The notes beneath the pieces are model-generated. The model was not told where the DNA came from. It made no database searches and saw only the letters and a program-made list of their open reading frames with translations. Of a stretch of DNA of 64,000 nucleotides, positions 7,537 to 16,415 are shown piece by piece; the stretch's first letter is position 1; each line of letters begins with the position of its first letter. The stretch spans positions 36,871 to 100,870 of the forward strand of contig CAWJCO010000002.1 of NCBI GenBank assembly GCA_963841385.1, in the 5' to 3' direction. Position numbers and translations under genes: made by a program. The DNA is from an uncultured Chloroflexia bacterium. Its GTDB lineage: Bacteria > Chloroflexota > Dormibacteria > Aeolococcales > Aeolococcaceae.

Positions 7537-9858
7537 TCAGGTCCCCGGTGTCGGCGTCGGTGTCGGGGTCGGCCCGGGCGTGGGGGTGGGCAGCAGCGGC
7601 TGGGTGAAGGAGACGTCCGGCGTCGTCGGCTGCCCGATGCAGTTGGGGTTGCAGATCGGACCCCCGCTGCCCATGGGGCTGTCCGGTCCGGTGCCGGGGA
7701 GGTACCAGGCGCCGCCCGCCTCATAGACGTCGGATGGCTGCTGGTACCAGACCACCGGCGTGTTCGCGGTTGCGGCCTCCATGAACGTCTGCCAGATCGG
7801 GGCCGCCCCGGTCACACCGCTGGTGACACCGCGGCTGAGCCCGTACTTGGCGCTCTCGCCCTGGGGATCGCCGACCCACACCGCGGTGAGGACGGTCGGG
7901 GTCCACCCCACGGTCCAGTTGTCGAAGTTGTTGTAGCCCGCGCCGCTGGTCCCGGTCTTGGCGCTGGCCGGACGGCCCGGCAGGGACAGCTTCTGGTAGT
8001 TGCCGAAGGCGGGCTGGCGGTACTTGGCCACGCTGAGGGTCTGGTCCATGATGTAGGCGACGTTCTCCGGCACCACCCGCTGCGCGCTGGCCGCGGCGTT
8101 GTAGACGTAGACCGCGGCCCCGGTGGCAGCGTCGGTGATCTTGGTGACCGGAGCCGGGGCGTGGTGGACGCCCAGGTCGGCGATGGTCGCCGCCCCGTCG
8201 GCCAGGTCGAGGGGGCTGATCGGCTTCGTCCCCAGGGTGAAGGAGTAGGTGGTCGAGTCGGGGAAGTTGCTCCCCGAGAGCAGGCTGACCCCCGCGTCCA
8301 CGGCCAGGTTGGCGATGGGGAGCACGCCCAACGCGTATTCCGTCCTCACCGCCGGCAGGTTGAGCGAGTTGCCCAGGCAGTACTCCATCTCGCAGAAGCC
8401 CTCTCCGGCGCTCGCGCCCTCGTAGTCCTTGGGCGTCCAGCCGTCCAGGGTCATCGGCTCGTCCGAGATCTGGGTCGTCATCGTGTACTGGCGCGAGGCG
8501 ATCGCGTCGGTGTAGGTGAACAGCTTCATGGTGGAGCCGGGCTGGCGCTCATCGATCGCCAGGTTGTCCTGGCCGTACACGGAACTGCTGTAGTTGGCGC
8601 TGCCGGTCATGGCCAGGATCGCCCCGGTTTGGGGGTCCAGGCTCACCAGGGCACCGTCACCCCCGGCCGCTCCCTGCACGAACCATCCCGGATTGCCGGT
8701 GATCACGCTGTGCACGGTCGCGTCGGCGGTCGCCTGGTCGCTCAGGTTGAGCGTGGTGTAGATGTCGTACCCGCCCGGGTCCGAGAACGTGTCCCCGTGG
8801 AACAGCTCGGGGAGGTAGTAGGTGGTGAGGAAGTCGAGGAAGCTCGACGTGTTGGCTCCGTCGATGACGGTCGGCGGCAGGTACTGCTCCCAGGTGTAGT
8901 AGGTGAGCTTCTCGGCCGCCGCGGCGTTGGCCTGGGCCTGGGTGATGCTGCCCACGTTGACCATCGCCTGCAGGACGGCCTCCTGCCGCTGCTTGGCCGC
9001 TGCGGGGTAGAGGTCGGGGTCGTACGCCGAGGGAGCCTGAGGGAGGCCCGCGAGCATCGCCGATTGGGCGAGGTCGAGCTGGCTGGCGGGCACGTGGAAG
9101 TACAGCTCCGCGGCGGTCTGGATCCCGATCGCCTGGTTCCCGTAGGGGATTCGGTTCAGGTACATCTCGAGGATCTGGCCCTTGGAGAAGTCGTCGACCA
9201 GCTCGCTGCCGAGGATGATCTCCTTGATCTTGTAGGAGATGCTGCCGTTGTCCTGCAGGAAGCTGATCTTGGCGAGCTGCTCCGGGATGGTCGAGGCGCC
9301 TCCCGCGTTGGCGTGACGCACATAGCCCCAGCCAGCCTCCGCGATCCGGGCGAGGTCCAGCGAGCTCTCGGAGTAGAAATGGCGGTCCTCGATGTCGACG
9401 GTGGCCTCCTGCAGGTAGGCGGAGATCCGGTCGAGGTTGGCGTGGAGGTGGAAGGATCCCGATGGGTGGAGGATGTCGATGAGGGTGCCGTTGGCGGCGT
9501 AAACGTTGGTGTCGACCGCGGGCTCCATCGAGGCGACGGTGGTCGCGTCGGGGATCTGGCCGAGGAAGACGTTGTAGCCGGTGTACACGGTGGCGGCGGC
9601 CGCGGCTCCGATGGTCGAGAAGAGGGCCACAAACAGCAGCGCCGTGCGCAGCAGCGGACGCCGCCGGGGAGGGGTCTGACGCCTCCGTCCGACCAGCAGG
9701 TCGCGCCGGAGCCGGCGGTGGGAGCCGGCCGGGGTCGGGCCCTCGCCGGCGGCCCTCCCGCCGTTGCCGTTCCCGTTCCCGTTCGAGGCGCCCCGCGCCC
9801 GCACGTGGCCGGCCCGTACCCGGCGCGGGCGGGGGTTCTCGGGTGGGGTGGTTGGCAC
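7537..9858 (-). CDS. Class A penicillin-binding protein (glycosyltransferase GT51 + transpeptidase)
   Basis: Basic N-terminus plus TM anchor. GT51 motifs DIEDRHFY, GASTIPEQLAK and RKIKE-like KIKEIILGSEL. Transpeptidase SxxK (PGSTMKLFTY) and KTGT (SAKTGTSG). Pro/Thr-rich C-terminal tail. Confidence 0.9.
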   Translation of the reverse strand: MPTTPPENPRPRRVRAGHVRARGASNGNGNGNGGRAAGEGPTPAGSHRRLRRDLLVGRRRQTPPRRRPLLRTALLFVALFSTIGAAAAATVYTGYNVFLGQIPDATTVASMEPAVDTNVYAANGTLIDILHPSGSFHLHANLDRISAYLQEATVDIEDRHFYSESSLDLARIAEAGWGYVRHANAGGASTIPEQLAKISFLQDNGSISYKIKEIILGSELVDDFSKGQILEMYLNRIPYGNQAIGIQTAAELYFHVPASQLDLAQSAMLAGLPQAPSAYDPDLYPAAAKQRQEAVLQAMVNVGSITQAQANAAAAEKLTYYTWEQYLPPTVIDGANTSSFLDFLTTYYLPELFHGDTFSDPGGYDIYTTLNLSDQATADATVHSVITGNPGWFVQGAAGGDGALVSLDPQTGAILAMTGSANYSSSVYGQDNLAIDERQPGSTMKLFTYTDAIASRQYTMTTQISDEPMTLDGWTPKDYEGASAGEGFCEMEYCLGNSLNLPAVRTEYALGVLPIANLAVDAGVSLLSGSNFPDSTTYSFTLGTKPISPLDLADGAATIADLGVHHAPAPVTKITDAATGAAVYVYNAAASAQRVVPENVAYIMDQTLSVAKYRQPAFGNYQKLSLPGRPASAKTGTSGAGYNNFDNWTVGWTPTVLTAVWVGDPQGESAKYGLSRGVTSGVTGAAPIWQTFMEAATANTPVVWYQQPSDVYEAGGAWYLPGTGPDSPMGSGGPICNPNCIGQPTTPDVSFTQPLLPTPTPGPTPTPTPTPGT

Positions 9859-9939
9859 GACCTGAAGTGTCTCCGATGAGGTGGCGCGGCCGGCGGGTTG
9901 CGGGACGTCCCCAGGGGGAACGGCCCGCGGCCGCGCTGG

Positions 9940-10095
9940 TTACGCGGTGTTGAGCACCACGGCGAGGACGTAGAGCCCGAGCACCAGGGCGATGACGGCG
10001 CCGCCGAACCAGACGAGACCGTCGCCATCCTCGATCCAGAAGGGGCCAGCGCGCCGACCGTCTCGAACGCTCCCCCGCAGGGGGATGGTGGGCAT
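9940..10095 (-). CDS. Possible small single-pass membrane protein upstream of the PBP gene
   Basis: 51 codons from an internal ATG of track ORF 9940-10389: MPTIPLRGSVRDGRRAGPFWIEDGDGLVWFGGAVIALVLGLYVLAVVLNTA. One clear TM helix. No homology recognised. Confidence 0.3.
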   Translation of the reverse strand: MPTIPLRGSVRDGRRAGPFWIEDGDGLVWFGGAVIALVLGLYVLAVVLNTA

Positions 10096-10276
10096 GGCCG
10101 CACGGTACCACGACGCTCCCGTCACGGTCCCGTCATAACTCGCCGGCCCCCATCGCTCCGGAGGGCGTGTAGGGGCGGTGCGGCGAGATCTCGGACGCGG
10201 GAGTGTGTCAGGTCGATGACAAGTCCCCGGCCCCTCCTGGGCCGCCGAACCTGGCGATGACACAATCGGCCGAGAC

Positions 10277-11593
10277 ATGGCAGCCCAAGCGCTCCCCGTT
10301 GCCCCGGCGCCGATTGCGCTGCCGCCGATGCCGCGGAGCGCCGAGGCCACCGGGCTCCCGTTCTCCTTCGTTTGCGACCTGGTCCTCAAGGTCCTCTACT
10401 TCAACGGCAGCATGCTGGGCGGTGACGTCGCCCGCCACGTCTGCATCCCCTTCCCGTTCGTCGAGACCACCCTCAAGTTCCTGGCCGACGAGGGGTACTG
10501 CGCGTCGGCGGGGGTCAGGGCGACCGTCCTCGATGAGAACGAATCAATCAACGCGGGCATGCAGTTCACCATCACCACCACCGGCCGCCAGCGGGCCCGC
10601 GAGCTGCTCGACATCAATCAATACGCGGGCCCCGCGCCGGTGCCGATCGGCGACTACAACGCCATGGCGGCGCGCCAGGCGGACGTGGGGATCGCGGTCA
10701 ACCGGGAGCGGCTGCGCGCCGTCTTCTCGAGCCTGGTGCTGAGCCAGCGGGTGCTCGATCACCTCGGCCCGGCGCTCTCGGCCCGCCACGCCTGCTTCCT
10801 CTACGGCCCGTCGGGGAACGGCAAGACCAGCATTGCCGACGCCAGCGCCCGGGTGATGGGCCCGCCGGTCTTCATCCCCCGCGCCCTCTACGTCCATGGC
10901 GAGGTCATCCGCTTCTACGACCCCATCTACCACACCCCGATCGACCGCCCCCTGCCCCCCCACGACACCCGCTGGCAGCTCGCCGAGAGGCCGGCGGTCA
11001 AGGCGGGCGGCGAGCTCACCCCGCGCATGCTGGAGCTGGGATTTGACTCCGCGCTCGGCTTCTACGAGGCGTCGCTCCAGCTCAAGGCCAACGGCGGCCT
11101 GCTGCTCATCGACGACTTCGGCCGGCAGCAGAAGATGTCGCCCCGCGACCTGCTCAACCGCCTGATCGTCCCCCTGGAGAACGGCGTCGACTACGTGAAC
11201 ATCGCCCGCGCCGGGACCAGCGTGGCGGTGCCCTTCACCTGCCTGCTGATGCTCAGCACCAATCTCGAACCCCACAACCTCATGGACGAGGCCTTCCTGC
11301 GCCGGGTCCGCTACAAGGTGCACGTCCCCGATCCCACCCGTGACGAGTTCGCCGAGATCTGGCGGCGGGTCTGCGCATCCCAGGAGATCCCCTACCGCGA
11401 GGAGGTCATCTCCGACCTGATCAGCCGGCACTACGTCGCCAAGGGGCGGGCCTTCCACGGATCGCACCCCCGCGACCTCCTCAACCACGTGATCCACCTC
11501 TGCCGCTACCTGGGGCGCGACCCCGAGCTCACCAACAAGCTCCTCGACGAGGCCTGCGAGACCTACTTCGTCGACGACTCGACGGACATCTGA
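10277..11593 (+). CDS. AAA+ ATPase with N-terminal winged-helix-like domain (function unknown)
   Basis: Walker A FLYGPSGNGKTS, Walker B GGLLLIDDFGRQ, then LLNRLIVPLENGVDYVNI...PFTCLLMLSTNLEP and AFLRRVRYKVHVPDP (sensor/arginine region), resembling the ComM/Mg-chelatase/MoxR-type layout. The ~130-aa N-domain has no catalytic motif. Confidence 0.8.
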   Translation: MAAQALPVAPAPIALPPMPRSAEATGLPFSFVCDLVLKVLYFNGSMLGGDVARHVCIPFPFVETTLKFLADEGYCASAGVRATVLDENESINAGMQFTITTTGRQRARELLDINQYAGPAPVPIGDYNAMAARQADVGIAVNRERLRAVFSSLVLSQRVLDHLGPALSARHACFLYGPSGNGKTSIADASARVMGPPVFIPRALYVHGEVIRFYDPIYHTPIDRPLPPHDTRWQLAERPAVKAGGELTPRMLELGFDSALGFYEASLQLKANGGLLLIDDFGRQQKMSPRDLLNRLIVPLENGVDYVNIARAGTSVAVPFTCLLMLSTNLEPHNLMDEAFLRRVRYKVHVPDPTRDEFAEIWRRVCASQEIPYREEVISDLISRHYVAKGRAFHGSHPRDLLNHVIHLCRYLGRDPELTNKLLDEACETYFVDDSTDI

Positions 11594-11752
11594 CCGGCGC
11601 CCCGCGACGCCGGGGGACTGCGGAGGGCAGGAACTCCCGACCCGCCCGTGAAGAGGGACCTCCGCCACGCGCCGGTGGGCCGCTGAGCGCCTTCCCCCCT
11701 GAGCGCGCACCGAAGCCAGGGTGCGGCCCCCGGGTAGACTGGGACCCCTCCG

Positions 11753-11825
11753 GGGCCGGTAGCTCAGCTGGGAGAGCGCTGCCCTCGCACGGCAGAGGTC
11801 CGGGGTTCGAATCCCCGCCGGTCCA
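11753..11825 (+). tRNA. tRNA-Ala (anticodon CGC)
   Basis: Manual cloverleaf: acceptor GGGCCGG/CCGGTCC with the G3:U70 Ala identity pair, D-arm GCTCAGCTGGGAGAGC, anticodon stem CTGCC/GGCAG with loop CTCGCAC, T-arm CGGGGTTCGAATCCCCG, discriminator A. CCA is not encoded. Confidence 0.9.
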
Positions 11826-12048
11826 GAGGGCCCCACGCGGCAGGCCGCATGGGGGCCCCTCGCTGTTCTGACAGGGGCTCGTCGCCCCTCGCCGGCCCGG
11901 CAAAGCCGGACTCGGCTCACCCCGCCTCGCGGGCGCTCTACTGGGAATCCCCGCCGAGTCCCGGTTGCGGGCGGAGGGTCGACACCGCCGGTCCACCAAC
12001 GGGTGACAGCAGCCGGGCGCGGTCTAGCACCATCCTCCTGCGCTGTAA

Positions 12049-12245
12049 CCCCATCCGGGCCCCACTCGACCAAGGAACGAGATCCGCCGCTGGCGGGCGC
12101 AGACGCGGCTGAGCCTGCGCGAGTACGCCCGCGCCGCGGGGACCTCGGCCTCGCGGCTCTCGGCTATGAGCACGGCACGGTCGCGCCCACCACCGATGTC
12201 CTCGGCCGCCTCCGCCACGTCGCCGACACGGTGAGCGACAGCTGA
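12049..12245 (+). pseudogene. Remnant of an XRE-type helix-turn-helix gene (no start codon, 1-nt frame break)
   Basis: One frame reads NEIRRWRAQTRLSLREYARAAGTSASRLSA and the adjacent frame continues YEHGTVAPTTDVLGRLRHVADTVSDS-stop. Together they give a typical HTH_XRE pattern (LSLRE.A..AGTS.S.LS.YE.G...P....L.RL). The break is near 12164. The frame opens only after TAA 12046-12048 and has no ATG/GTG/TTG. Confidence 0.4.
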
Positions 12246-12396
12246 TCCGCGGCTCCCGAGGCGCGCGACCAGTCCGGTCTTGGCCAGCACCCCGAAGGTC
12301 CTTCCCCGCCTGGTGGACCGCATCCTCTCCGGCGGTCCTGGAACGAGGAAGGGCGCCCCGAGGGGCGCCCTTCTCCCGACGGCGCGGTGGCCGCGC

Positions 12397-12492
12397 CTAG
12401 GTGGCCCGCCGCTGCCAGCGGGTCTTTTTGAGCATCTTCTTGTGCTTGTGCTTGCGCATCTTCTTGCGCCGCTTCTTGATGACCGAGCCCAC
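12397..12492 (-). CDS. Small ribosomal subunit protein bS22-like (31 codons; absent from ORF track)
   Basis: Minus-strand GTG then [30 protein letters not shown]-stop. It closely resembles actinobacterial bS22 (recalled from memory as [33 protein letters not shown]). A GGAGAG Shine-Dalgarno lies 6 nt upstream of the GTG. Confidence 0.8.
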   Translation of the reverse strand: [31 protein letters not shown]

Positions 12493-12564
12493 GCGAGCCT
12501 CTCCGTGCCAGGTGGCGGACGCGCCGCCTCCGGCCAGTGATTGATCCTATGTCGCGGGGGCCGA

Positions 12565-13113
12565 CTATACGCGCTCCGCGGGATCGGCCGCTCCTGAGCC
12601 CCCCGCGCCGGTGCTCTCCCCGGGGTCGCCATCCTCCCTGCCGAGCGCCTCGCGAAGCCGGGCGGCGGTCACCTCCAGGTGCTCGGGCAGGACCTTGACG
12701 TCGGCCAGCACGGGCATGAAGTTGGTATCGCTGTCCCAGCGGGGGACGACGTGGAGGTGGAGGTGGTCGACGCTGGCGCCGGCGGCCCTGCCGAGGTTGA
12801 ATCCGACGTTGAACCCCCCGGGGGCCATCTCCCGGGTGATCGCGTCGAGGGCCCTCCGGGTTGCTGCCAGCACCGCCAGGCCCTCCTCGGGGGAGAGCTC
12901 GCCGAGACCGGCGGCATGGCGCCGGGGCGCCACCATGAGGTGTCCGCTGCTGTACGGGAAGCGGTTGAGCAGGGTGACCGTCAGCTCCGCGCGCTCGACC
13001 ACCAGGCCGTCCGCGGCGCCCGGCACCACCGCGGCACAGATGAAGCACCCCTCCGGCACCCCGGACTCGCCGGTCACGTACGCCATGCGCCACGGCGCCC
13101 AGAGCTGCCGCAT
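12565..13113 (-). CDS. HIT-family nucleotide hydrolase/phosphorylase
   Basis: N-terminal LWAPWRMAYV and the histidine triad DHLHLHVVPRW. ~30-aa Gly/acidic C-terminal tail. Confidence 0.85.
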   Translation of the reverse strand: MRQLWAPWRMAYVTGESGVPEGCFICAAVVPGAADGLVVERAELTVTLLNRFPYSSGHLMVAPRRHAAGLGELSPEEGLAVLAATRRALDAITREMAPGGFNVGFNLGRAAGASVDHLHLHVVPRWDSDTNFMPVLADVKVLPEHLEVTAARLREALGREDGDPGESTGAGGSGAADPAERV

Positions 13114-13367
13114 CCAGCGGACGTTACCGGATGGTCGCGGGGTGGTGTGCCGGGGGGTGGCTCACGAGGGTGTGACGCGGAGGGCAGAACTGTGCTAACA
13201 GATCAGACGAGCTGTTCGCGTTCACAGTCCCACACGAGCCTCGTTACGAGCCTGTGGCGGGATGCACCAGCGCCGCGTGGCATCGATCCCCGAACGTACC
13301 AGATGCCGCTAGTGCATTTGAACTACCTGGTGGGCTCGGGTCCCAGCGGCGGAGGAACCTCAGGATC

Positions 13368-14027
13368 ATGGACAGGAGCCGGAAGGCAACGCGCTCGCTG
13401 AGAGTCGCCCTGGTGCTCGCCGCGGTGGTGGCCAGCACCGCCGTGGTCGGGTGGGGCGGGTTGGCGGCCTGGAGCGCCTACACCGAGAACGCCGGCAACA
13501 GCGTGGGCGCGGGCACCCTCAACCACGCCAACGGCACGAGCTGCGTCTCCCTCCTGGGGACGATCCCGACCACCACCGGCACCGGCTGGTGCGCGGCCGC
13601 GGTGACCATCTCCGGGGTCGACCCGGCCAACTGGACGGGCACCTCGGGGACCATCAAGATCGCCAACACCGGTTCGCTCAAGAGCACCTTCACCCTGACG
13701 ATGGGCACCGGGGGCCAGGCACCCACCGGCGGCCTCTGCGCCGACGTCACCCTCAAGGTGACCGACCTCAACACGATCGTGCCGGACACCGGCACGGTCT
13801 GGGCGACCACCGCCCTCACCGGCACGTTCACCAGCGCCAACCTCTACAGCAACGCGGCGACCCCGAGCCTCTCGTGGGCCGGGGGCGGGACCGCGGGGGT
13901 GGGCACCGGGGCGACCGCCAACACCTTCACGGTGGCGGTGGCGCCCGGGACGAACTTCGCCAACGACTCCACCGACGCAGGCCTGACCTGCACCTTCGGC
14001 CTGCTCTTCAGCCAGACGGCGGCCTGA
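13368..14027 (+). CDS. Secreted TasA/camelysin-like protein with alternate (SipW-type) signal peptide
   Basis: ATG 13368 has a GGAGGA RBS 11 nt upstream. The N-terminus MDRSRKATRSLRVALVLAAVVASTAVVGWGGLAAWSAYTENAGNSVGAGTLNH matches the pattern of alternate-type signal peptides (hydrophobic core, G.LA.W, then N.GN..GAGTL). The mature part is T/G/A-rich and beta-like. Confidence 0.65.
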   Translation: MDRSRKATRSLRVALVLAAVVASTAVVGWGGLAAWSAYTENAGNSVGAGTLNHANGTSCVSLLGTIPTTTGTGWCAAAVTISGVDPANWTGTSGTIKIANTGSLKSTFTLTMGTGGQAPTGGLCADVTLKVTDLNTIVPDTGTVWATTALTGTFTSANLYSNAATPSLSWAGGGTAGVGTGATANTFTVAVAPGTNFANDSTDAGLTCTFGLLFSQTAA

Positions 14028-14129
14028 TCCGGGGCGCCCCGGACGGTCCACCCTCTGCTGACGCCGGGTAACCTCCGGCCGCGCCGGCGCGTTGACCAGG
14101 CGACACAGCCGTCGCCACCGAGGTGAACC

Positions 14130-15521
14130 ATGTTGGTCACGTCTCCAGCCAACCGGAGCCATCACCCGGGTCGGGAACGCGCGCGCTGCCTGGCCATGGT
14201 TGGCGTCGTGGCCGCCCTTCTGGTCACCGGTTGCGGCACGTCGGCAATCCGGCCGGCCGTGTCACCCGGCTCGACAAGCCGCGCGACAAGCCAGCCCAGT
14301 GCCTCGCCGACACCGCCGAGTGCCTCCCCGACTCCGCAGAGCTCGGACCTGCTGGCGGGCATCACCGCCAGCGCAGCCGACGTCCAGGCCTCCGCCGACG
14401 CCGGCAACGCGCTCACGGTGGATCTCCTGCGGCAGCTGGCGGCGAGCCAGCCTGACGCCAACGTCGTCGATTCCGCCTACAGCCTGGCGACCGCCCTGGC
14501 CATGCTGGAGCTCGGCGCAGAGGGCGACACCCAGACCCAGATCGGCACGGTGCTCCACAGCGCCGGGATCAGCCCGGAGCAGCAGGCGGCTGCCTGGAAG
14601 CAGCTGGACGCCTCGCTGCTCGCGACCGCGCAGACCGACGGCATCTCACTCGATGACGCCAACGCCATCTGGTTGCAGCAGGGCCTGCCCTTCAATGCGA
14701 CCTTCCTCAACACCCTGGTCCAGAACTTCTCGGCGCCCTCGAGCCAAGTCGACTTCAGCGGCGACCCGCAGGACGCCGCGAACCTCATCAATCAATGGGT
14801 CAGCGATGCCACCCACGGGATGATCCCCTCGGTGGTCTCCGCTCAGGACGTGCAGTCGTTGAAGCTGGTGCTGGCCGACGCCATCTACTTCGATGCGGAT
14901 TGGCAGCATCAATTCATTGCCGACTACACGTCTGCCAAGCCTTTCTTCCGGCCCGACGGCAGTCAGGTCTCGGCCCAGATGATGTACGGCGAGCTGTGGA
15001 CGTTGCCCGCCTACATCGGGGACGGGGTGACCGCGGTCGAGATGCCCTACGTCGGCGGCCATTTCGTCGCCGACGTGATCATGCCGACCTCCGAGGCGCT
15101 CGCAGATTTCGTTGCCGGGATGACCCCGGCCACGCTGACCGGGATCGAGCAGAACCTGACCTCGACCGACGACGTGGACATCTCCCTGCCGAAGTTCGAC
15201 ATCGCATCGCAGGAGTCGCTGATATCCATCCTCCAGACCCTGGGCATGCAGGATGCATTCGATGGCGCGGCGGACTTCAGCGGCATCGATGGCGGGCGGG
15301 ATATCCAGGTCGGCCTCCTGGAGCAGCGGGCGGTCATGAACGTGGACGAGGTCGGCACCACCGCGGCGGCCGCGACCATCGTCGGTGGACTCGGTGGCGG
15401 TGGACCACTGCCCCCGATCACCTACGTGACCCTCGATCATCCCTTCCTGTTCGTGATCCGGGACACCATCACCGGGGCCATCGTCTTCACCGCGCAGGTG
15501 GTCGATCCCACGGCGTCCTGA
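14130..15521 (+). CDS. Serpin-family protease inhibitor, predicted lipoprotein
   Basis: Lipobox LLVTGC after a basic n-region. Serpin body (LVLADAIYFDADWQHQF, FFRPDGSQVSAQMM). Inhibitory-type hinge EVGTTAAAAT, Gly-rich reactive loop IVGGLGGGGPLPP, and C-terminal DHPFLFVIRD. Confidence 0.85.
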   Translation: MLVTSPANRSHHPGRERARCLAMVGVVAALLVTGCGTSAIRPAVSPGSTSRATSQPSASPTPPSASPTPQSSDLLAGITASAADVQASADAGNALTVDLLRQLAASQPDANVVDSAYSLATALAMLELGAEGDTQTQIGTVLHSAGISPEQQAAAWKQLDASLLATAQTDGISLDDANAIWLQQGLPFNATFLNTLVQNFSAPSSQVDFSGDPQDAANLINQWVSDATHGMIPSVVSAQDVQSLKLVLADAIYFDADWQHQFIADYTSAKPFFRPDGSQVSAQMMYGELWTLPAYIGDGVTAVEMPYVGGHFVADVIMPTSEALADFVAGMTPATLTGIEQNLTSTDDVDISLPKFDIASQESLISILQTLGMQDAFDGAADFSGIDGGRDIQVGLLEQRAVMNVDEVGTTAAAATIVGGLGGGGPLPPITYVTLDHPFLFVIRDTITGAIVFTAQVVDPTAS

Positions 15522-15689
15522 CGCCGGCGCCTGGCCCACCGATTCCCCAGCCGGCCCAGGAAGCCGTCGTGGTCCGGCATCGATGCTGAGCTCAGACATC
15601 GCCCGGTCCGACTCTTACCGCTGCCATCCGGGGGCTCGCCGGCCAGGCCTTCGGCGGGGGCGGCTCTCAGCTCGGTAGGCCGCGGGCCT

Positions 15690-15739
15690 CCCCCTGGTGG
15701 AGACGGGGAGGATCGAACTCCCGACCTCTTGCATGCCAT
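15690..15739. repeat. Distal att repeat: 3-prime fragment of tRNA-Ala(GGC), 50/50 identical to 19319-19368
   Basis: ccccctggtggagacggggaggatcgaactcccgacctcttgcatgccat occurs at both positions (offset 3629 bp). Identity breaks at 15689/19318 and at 15740/19369. Confidence 0.9.
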
Positions 15740-15904
15740 CTATGTCTCCTGATTATTCAGCGGTGGCACAGGCATTACTGATCTCAAATACAGCGCTTAC
15801 TTCTAGCTTGGTACCCAGCGTCGCGCTTGACTCCCGCGTTCCGAAACGGCGCCGAAGTCGTCGTTGTGGCCACCCGCCCCACGGACTCGCGACCGTCTCC
15901 GGCC

Positions 15905-16132
15905 ATGCCAGCCCTCCCGCGCGTTACCGGCCGCGATGTCGTTCGGGCCCTCGGCCGGCTGGGCTGGGTGGTCGTGGCCCAGAGGGGGTCGCATGCCCAG
16001 CTCCGGCATCCGACCCGGGGCGGCCGCGTCACCGTGCCCCTCCACGCCGGCGAGACACTCGGCCCCCGGCTGGTCGCCTCGATCCTGGCCCAGGCTGGCC
16101 TGACCACCGATGAGCTCCGCGAGGTCCTGTGA
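15905..16132 (+). CDS. hicA: HicA-family mRNA interferase toxin
   Basis: 75 aa: VTGRDVVRALGRLGWVVVAQRGSHAQLRHPTRGGRVTVPLHAGETLGPRLVASILAQAGL matches the HicA/YcfA pattern (..L...GW.....GSH......g....tvP.H....l..g.l..Il.qagl). Confidence 0.75.
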   Translation: MPALPRVTGRDVVRALGRLGWVVVAQRGSHAQLRHPTRGGRVTVPLHAGETLGPRLVASILAQAGLTTDELREVL

Positions 16133-16136
16133 GACG

Positions 16137-16370
16137 ATGAGAGCGATGCGCACCTACACCATCGTGGTCGAGCCCGAGGAGACCGGCGGCTTCATGGTCT
16201 CCGTGCCTGCCCTCCCCGGCTGCTTCACCCAGGGCCGCTCCCTCGAGGAGTGCCGGGAGCGCGCCGCGGAGGCGATGGCCGTGCACATCGCCGGACTCGA
16301 GGCGGACGGGGAGGCGGTCCCCGACGAGGTGGGCACGCCCCAGCTCCTGAGGGTCACCGTGGCGGCCTGA
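16137..16370 (+). CDS. hicB: HicB-family antitoxin (UPF0150 N-domain type)
   Basis: MRTYTIVVEPEETGGFMVSVPALPGCFTQGRSLEECRERAAEAMAVHIAGLEADGEAVP is the typical HicB N-domain. It starts 5 nt after the hicA stop. Confidence 0.75.
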   Translation: MRAMRTYTIVVEPEETGGFMVSVPALPGCFTQGRSLEECRERAAEAMAVHIAGLEADGEAVPDEVGTPQLLRVTVAA

Positions 16371-16398
16371 GCGGCTGCCGGGGGAGCCGGCGCGGCTC

Positions 16399-16415
16399 GG
16401 GACGGACGCCGTCCC
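16399..16415 (+). terminator. Candidate stem-loop after hicB
   Basis: GGGACGG-ACG-CCGTCCC, a 7-bp GC stem 29 nt after the hicB stop. No T-tract. A second CCGTCCC...GGGACGG pairing is possible downstream. Confidence 0.3.

Noticed and set aside
10544-12073. 509-aa minus-strand ORF spanning the AAA+ gene and tRNA-Ala(CGC)
   Set aside because: It runs antisense through a motif-bearing CDS and through a tRNA gene. High-GC artefact.
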